This document shows, in pieces, positions 59,274 to 64,000 of a stretch of DNA of 64,000 nucleotides. The translations under genes and the position numbers were made by a program. Under the pieces are notes generated by a model. That model did no database searches, was not told the DNA's origin, and saw only the letters and a list, made by a program, of their open reading frames with translations. Every line of letters starts with the position of its first letter. Within the stretch, counting starts at the first letter, position 1. Source of the stretch: Chitinophagaceae bacterium (GTDB lineage Bacteria > Bacteroidota > Bacteroidia > Chitinophagales > Chitinophagaceae). Where the stretch lies: assembly GCA_044234005.1 (NCBI GenBank), contig JBIIJE010000001.1:12130-76129 (forward strand), in the 5' to 3' direction.

Positions 59274-59738
59274 ATGAAAAAAATCGTATTGTCATTCGTT
59301 GCCTTGGCTTTTACAATAATAACTTTAATTGGTTGTGGCGGAAGCAAAAGCGACCCTAAAGCTGTCGCTACAAACTTTTTAAATGCTCGTAATAGTTTAG
59401 ATTTCGAAACAGCTAAAAAATTATCAACTCCAGAAACAGGCAAATTATTAGAAATGCTTGCTAGTTTTTCTGGCATGATGCCTGATTCAATGAAAAATGA
59501 AGCGAAAAAAATTAAAGTTTCTATAAAAGATATTAAAGAAGAAGGAGATAATGCTACCGTTACATACAGTGAGAGTGCAAAGCCTGGCGATCAGACTATT
59601 AAGTTAGTAAAAAAGGATGGCAAGTGGTTAGTAAATATGAGTAAAGAAGATATGGGCGCTGGAGGCGAAGAAGGTGATACTCCTCCAATGGAAGATACAG
59701 TACCAGCAGATTCAACTATAGCCGTACCTGGTCAATAA
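59274..59738 (+). CDS. Lipoprotein, DUF4878-like
   Basis: MKKIVLSFVALAFTIITLIGCGG is a lipobox. It is followed by DPKAVATNFLNARNSLDFETAKKLSTPETGKLLE, a typical DUF4878 opening, and an acidic Pro-rich tail. Confidence 0.55.
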   Translation: MKKIVLSFVALAFTIITLIGCGGSKSDPKAVATNFLNARNSLDFETAKKLSTPETGKLLEMLASFSGMMPDSMKNEAKKIKVSIKDIKEEGDNATVTYSESAKPGDQTIKLVKKDGKWLVNMSKEDMGAGGEEGDTPPMEDTVPADSTIAVPGQ

Positions 59739-59763
59739 TTTTTGTAAATAAATTTAAAAAAAA

Positions 59764-59797
59764 CCCTTGATACATGAGTATATCAAGGGTTTTTTTA
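59764..59797 (+). terminator. Rho-independent terminator
   Basis: CCCTTGATA (59764-59772) pairs with TATCAAGGG (59781-59789) across an 8-nt loop. It is preceded by an A-run and followed by TTTTTTT. It lies 25 nt after the stop at 59738. Confidence 0.75.
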
Positions 59798-59998
59798 TTT
59801 TTTCTCATTCTCAAACTGCCTTATCAAAGCAAAATATTGTCAGTCACAACATTTAAAGTAAGCCCATTCAGCATATATTTGCTGCCCACTATGCCAGCTT
59901 GGCGCAAAAGCCAATACTAGCATATATTTTGAGTAGTAAATAAATCTTACAAGATTATTTTATTGCTAGGAGGCAATTTTAAATTTTAAAAACGACTT

Positions 59999-62900
59999 AT
60001 GTTAAAATTCTTAAATAAACTATTTGGAGGTAGCAAATCTGAAAAAGATGTAAAAAAAATCACCCCAATTATTGAAAAAATAAATCAACATTTTGCTGAT
60101 TATCAATCATTAAGTCATGATGAATTAAGGTACAAAACAAAAGAATTCCGTCAACGAATTCAGTCTCATGTTGCAGAAATCAATGCGACAATTGAATCTA
60201 AAAGGACCGAAGCAGAAAGCACAATCGATATTCATGTAAAAAGTGATATTTTCAAAGAAGTAGATCAATTAATCAAGGATAAAGACAAACAACTTGAGGT
60301 TATTTTGTTAGAAATATTGCCAGAAGCATTTGCCACTGTAAAAGAAGCTGCTCGGCGTTTTACCAACAATACTGAGTTAAAAAGTAAAGCTACCGCACTC
60401 GATAAAGATTTAGCTGTAACAAAAAACTATATCACGATTGAAGGGGATGAATGCACCTTTCAAACAACTTGGAACGCCGGTGGGTCGCCAGTCACGTGGA
60501 ATATGGTTCACTATGATGTGCAATTAATCGGTGGTTTCAATTTACATGAAGGTAAAATATCAGAAATGGCAACGGGTGAAGGTAAAACGTTGGTATCGAC
60601 CCTTCCTGCTTATTTAAATGGATTAGCTGGTGAAGGCGTTCATATTGTTACAGTTAATGACTACCTCGCTCGTCGTGATAGCGAATGGAATGGAACTCTA
60701 TTCGAATGGTTAGGACTTACTGTGGATTGTATTGATAAACATCAACCCAATTCAGCCGCACGACGAAAAGCTTATTTAGCGGATATTACTTATGGCACTA
60801 ACAATGAGTTTGGTTTTGACTATTTACGCGACAACATGGTGCATACACCTGAAGAAATGGTTCAACGCAAGTTGCATTTTGCAATGGTGGATGAGGTAGA
60901 TAGTGTATTAATTGATGATGCAAGAACGCCATTAATCATTTCTGGTCCTGTTCCTAAAGGTGATGATCAAGAATTTCATGTATTAAAGCCAGGTATAGAA
61001 AAACTAGTTGATTTGCAACGCCGCGTAGTCAACTCATTTTTATTAGAAGCCAAGAAATTAATTGCTGATGGCAATGATGATAAAGAAGGTGGCGGATTAG
61101 CTTTGTTAAGAGCGCATCGAGGGTTGCCAAAAAATACTTCAACTATTAAGTATTTGAGTGAAGTTGGTATCAAACAAATTTTACAAAAAACGGAAAATTA
61201 CTATCTAAGCGATCAACAAAAAAATATGCCGAAGGTTGATGCTGAATTGTACTTTGTAATTGATGAGAAAAGCAATCAAGTAGATTTAACACAAAAAGGA
61301 ATTGATGTTTTGACTGGCTCTAACAACGATTCTAATTTCTTTGTAATGCCTGATATATCCACAGGTTTAGCTGCCATAGAAAACGCAGGTTATACTGCCG
61401 AAGAAAAGTTACACCAGAAAGATGCTTTCTTGCAAGAATATTCATTAAAGGCAGATCGTATTCATACCGTACAACAATTATTAAAAGCCTATACCTTATT
61501 CGATAAAGATGTTGAATATGTTGTAATGGATGGCAAAGTAAAAATTGTAGATGAACAAACAGGTCGTATTCTAGATGGCCGTCGTTATAGTGATGGTTTG
61601 CACCAAGCAATCGAAGCAAAAGAAAATGTTGAAGTTGAAGCCGCCACACAAACATTTGCAACCGTTACATTGCAAAACTTTTTCCGCATGTATCACAAAT
61701 TGGCAGGTATGACAGGTACTGCGGAAACTGAGGCTGGCGAATTTTGGCAAATCTACAAACTAGATGTAACCAACATTCCTACCAATGTAAATGTGATACG
61801 AAAGGATGATGAAGACTTGGTTTATAAAACGAAGCGTGAAAAATATCGTGCCGTAATTGAAGAAATCAAACAATTAAAAGAACAAGGAAGACCTGTATTG
61901 GTTGGTACTACTTCAGTAGATGTATCTGAGCTTCTAAGTAAAATGTTGAATCTCGAAAAAATTCCTCACAATGTGTTGAATGCAAAACAACATGCTCGTG
62001 AGGCACAAGTAGTTGCTGAGGCTGGTTTAACGGGAGCCATAACAATTGCAACCAACATGGCAGGTCGTGGAACAGATATAAAATTAAGTCCTGAAGTAAA
62101 AGCCGCTGGTGGATTAGCTATTTTAGGCACTGAAAGACATGAAAGTCGTCGTGTAGATCGGCAGCTTCGGGGTCGTGCAGGACGACAAGGAGATCCAGGT
62201 AGCTCCAAATTTTTTGTATCGTTAGAAGATGAATTGATGCGTTTATTTGGTAGTGACAAGTTAAGTGGATGGATGGATAAATTAGGCCATGTAGATGGTG
62301 ATGTGATACAACATAGTATGATTTCAAAATCTATTGAAAGAGCGCAAAAGAAAGTAGAAGAAAATAATTTTGGCATCCGCAAACGCTTACTTGAATACGA
62401 TGATGTGATGAACTCGCAACGCGAAGTCATTTACACACGTCGCCGAAATGCTTTGTTCGGTGAGCGATTGGCATTGGACTTAGACAATGCATTTTATGAT
62501 AGCTGCAATTTAGTAGCTAGTATGTTTGATTCGAATAGAAACTATGAAGATTTTAAAGTTGAGGTTGCACGCGATTTTGCATTCGAGCCCAATGTAAGTG
62601 AACAAGAATTTTTAACAATTCCTGTAAATACTTTGACAGAAAAATTATACGCACAATTAAAAGAAACTTACTCCCGTAAATGTGAATTTATCAAAGAACA
62701 AACAGCGCCCGTTTTAAATAATATTTGGCAGCAAAATGGTGATAAAATCCAAAATATTGCAGTACCATTTACAGATGGCGTGAGAGGTCTACAAATAATC
62801 ACACCGCTTCAATCTACAGTAGAATCAAAAGGCAAGGATTTAATTGATGCCGTTGAAAGACAAATTACATTGAACTTTATTGACGATGGTTGGAAAACAC

Positions 62901-63313
62901 ATTTGCGTCAAATGGATGAAATGAAACAAAGTGTTCAATTAGCTAGCTATGAGCAAAAAGACCCTTTATTGATTTATAAATTTGAGGCGTTTAATTTGTT
63001 TAAAACCATGGTAGGAGATACCAATAAACAAATTGTGAGCTTCTTGTTACGCAGCGGTATCCCGATGGAAGATCCTCGTGATATACACCAAGCAGAAGTT
63101 GAAAAAACAGATATGAGCCACATGGTCTCAAATCGTGAGGAGATAGATGATGCCGGTGTTGCATATGGAGTTAGTAAAAATGATATGTACACTTCGAGTT
63201 CAACAGCTCCCGTGCGACAAGCCCCCGTACGTAATATGGAACCAAAGATTGGCAGAAACGATGCTTGTCCTTGTGGTAGTGGTAAAAAATTTAAGCAATG
63301 TCACGGAAAGTAA
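59999..63313 (+). CDS. secA: Preprotein translocase ATPase subunit SecA
   Basis: 1104-aa ORF with MATGEGKTLV (Walker A), MVDEVDSVLIDDARTPLIISG (DEAD-like), TNMAGRGTDIKL, and the C-terminal zinc-binding motif CPCGSGKKFKQCHGK. Confidence 0.95.
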   Translation: MLKFLNKLFGGSKSEKDVKKITPIIEKINQHFADYQSLSHDELRYKTKEFRQRIQSHVAEINATIESKRTEAESTIDIHVKSDIFKEVDQLIKDKDKQLEVILLEILPEAFATVKEAARRFTNNTELKSKATALDKDLAVTKNYITIEGDECTFQTTWNAGGSPVTWNMVHYDVQLIGGFNLHEGKISEMATGEGKTLVSTLPAYLNGLAGEGVHIVTVNDYLARRDSEWNGTLFEWLGLTVDCIDKHQPNSAARRKAYLADITYGTNNEFGFDYLRDNMVHTPEEMVQRKLHFAMVDEVDSVLIDDARTPLIISGPVPKGDDQEFHVLKPGIEKLVDLQRRVVNSFLLEAKKLIADGNDDKEGGGLALLRAHRGLPKNTSTIKYLSEVGIKQILQKTENYYLSDQQKNMPKVDAELYFVIDEKSNQVDLTQKGIDVLTGSNNDSNFFVMPDISTGLAAIENAGYTAEEKLHQKDAFLQEYSLKADRIHTVQQLLKAYTLFDKDVEYVVMDGKVKIVDEQTGRILDGRRYSDGLHQAIEAKENVEVEAATQTFATVTLQNFFRMYHKLAGMTGTAETEAGEFWQIYKLDVTNIPTNVNVIRKDDEDLVYKTKREKYRAVIEEIKQLKEQGRPVLVGTTSVDVSELLSKMLNLEKIPHNVLNAKQHAREAQVVAEAGLTGAITIATNMAGRGTDIKLSPEVKAAGGLAILGTERHESRRVDRQLRGRAGRQGDPGSSKFFVSLEDELMRLFGSDKLSGWMDKLGHVDGDVIQHSMISKSIERAQKKVEENNFGIRKRLLEYDDVMNSQREVIYTRRRNALFGERLALDLDNAFYDSCNLVASMFDSNRNYEDFKVEVARDFAFEPNVSEQEFLTIPVNTLTEKLYAQLKETYSRKCEFIKEQTAPVLNNIWQQNGDKIQNIAVPFTDGVRGLQIITPLQSTVESKGKDLIDAVERQITLNFIDDGWKTHLRQMDEMKQSVQLASYEQKDPLLIYKFEAFNLFKTMVGDTNKQIVSFLLRSGIPMEDPRDIHQAEVEKTDMSHMVSNREEIDDAGVAYGVSKNDMYTSSSTAPVRQAPVRNMEPKIGRNDACPCGSGKKFKQCHGK

Positions 63314-63434
63314 GTCGTCGTATGGTGGCTCAACAAGTTTAAAGATTTTTACAAAATAATTGATACTTAATTGCTAAAACTTTTAGCTTTCTGGTTTAAG
63401 GGTTAAAATAAATATTTGCATAAAAATTTCACTT

Positions 63435-63999
63435 ATGCAAATCATACAATCAATTCAGAATCGAATTTATGAACTGAGCGTAGAGCGAATCATGTTAGAT
63501 AGAGATTTGGCTGCCTTATACGAAGTTGAATCAAAAGTTTTAAATTAAGCTGTAAAGCGAAATATTACGCGGTTTCCACCCGAATTTATCTTTCAACTTA
63601 ACTAAAGCGGAATGGGATAGTCTGAGGTTTCAAATTGAAACCTCAGAAAATAATAATTCTTTATGGTCACAAATTGTGACCATAAAGGCAGGACGTGGAC
63701 ATCGTACTAAATTTATGCCCTATGCCTTTACCGAGCAAGGTGTTGCTATGTTAAGCGGAGTGCTGAATTCAGACCGTGCAATAAACATGAATATTGCTAT
63801 TATGAGAGCTTTTGTAGAGATTAGGAAAGTTTTGTTACAGCAAAATGATTTAAAAGAGCAGTTGAAAGAAATTCGAGAAAGGTTAGGAGAACATGATATT
63901 CAACTAAACCAAATATATGATGCGTTGGGAAACCACCTAGATAAAAAAGCAGCACAAAGGAAATGGGATGATAGAGACAACATAGGATTTAAGAAGTAA
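63435..63999 (+). pseudogene. ORF6N-domain (KilA-N-like DNA-binding) protein gene disrupted by a nonsense codon and a +1 frameshift
   Basis: From the ATG at 63435 the translation is MQIIQSIQNRIYELSVERIMLDRDLAALYEVESKVLN, then TAA (63546-63548, where family members have Q), then AVKRNITRFPPEFIFQL. A frameshift near 63598-63606 leads into TKAEWDSLRFQIETSENNNSLWSQIVTIKAGRGHRTKFMPYAFTEQGVAMLSGVLNSDRAINMNIAIMRAFVEIRK... The stop is at 63997-63999. Confidence 0.75.
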
Positions 64000-64000
64000 T

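Noticed and set aside
61966-62430. 154-aa minus-strand ORF, with smaller ones at 60976, 61332, 62118 and 62974, inside secA
   Set aside because: These are antisense shadow ORFs within a near-certain secA CDS, with no motifs and no promoter context.
63230-63313. Cys-rich C-terminus of SecA (CPCGSGKKFKQCHGK)
   Set aside because: This is the normal zinc-binding SecB/ribosome-interaction motif of SecA and is not an anomaly.
1-64000. Search by eye for rRNA, tRNA, tmRNA, RNase P, SRP RNA, CRISPR arrays, transposases, integrases, toxin-antitoxin pairs and restriction or other defence genes
   Set aside because: I found none of the following: conserved RNA signatures (for example a T-loop GGTTCGAATCC-type sequence or the RNase P GAGGAAAGTCC), regularly spaced direct repeats, or proteins with nuclease, helicase or recombinase motifs. 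A covariance-model scan (Infernal/tRNAscan) would be needed to exclude small RNAs in the long gaps at 30.2, 32.1, 38.3 and 39.4 kb.

Overview
This is a visibly AT-rich chromosomal segment with clear Bacteroidota signatures. These are a T9SS type-B C-terminal sorting domain, a UpxY-type NusG-like antiterminator, TAnnTTTG -7 promoter boxes 20-60 nt upstream of start codons, and no Shine-Dalgarno sequences.

Layout:
- 1-2.6 kb: tail of a T9SS cargo protein, comB, a PAP2-like membrane protein, and truB.
- 2.7-23.3 kb: one long minus-strand Wzx/Wzy-type polysaccharide (O-antigen or capsule) locus of 20 co-oriented, tightly packed genes. It is headed by upxY, kdsA and kdsD and ends with a WecA-like initiating transferase.
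- 23.4-30.2 kb: a small HAD phosphatase, a heavily decayed class III adenylate cyclase pseudogene, a carbamoyltransferase, pepD and a thiolase.
- 30.2-32.5 kb: dnaN, flanked by two structured ORF-free regions.
- 32.5-64 kb: housekeeping genes (dxr, rseP, carB, cytochrome c peroxidase, a GT2/GT-C-like pair, a transglutaminase-like protein, a lipid A acyltransferase, nadD, a BNR-repeat protein, fhs, ridA, tsaB, an ArsR-type regulator, scpB, secA). The window ends in a decayed ORF6N-domain gene.

I found no rRNA, tRNA, CRISPR array, intact transposase or recognisable defence system.

Observations most worth a second look:
1. carB is split into two intact ORFs separated by a 138-bp repeat-structured spacer.
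2. A roughly 330-bp MITE-like element lies next to dnaN. Its inverted repeats are also DnaA-box-like 9-mers.
3. An uncharacterised five-gene block sits inside the polysaccharide locus.
4. Four independent decayed genes occur within the 64 kb.

All product calls rest on my recognition of motifs in the translated ORFs. No database search was run.
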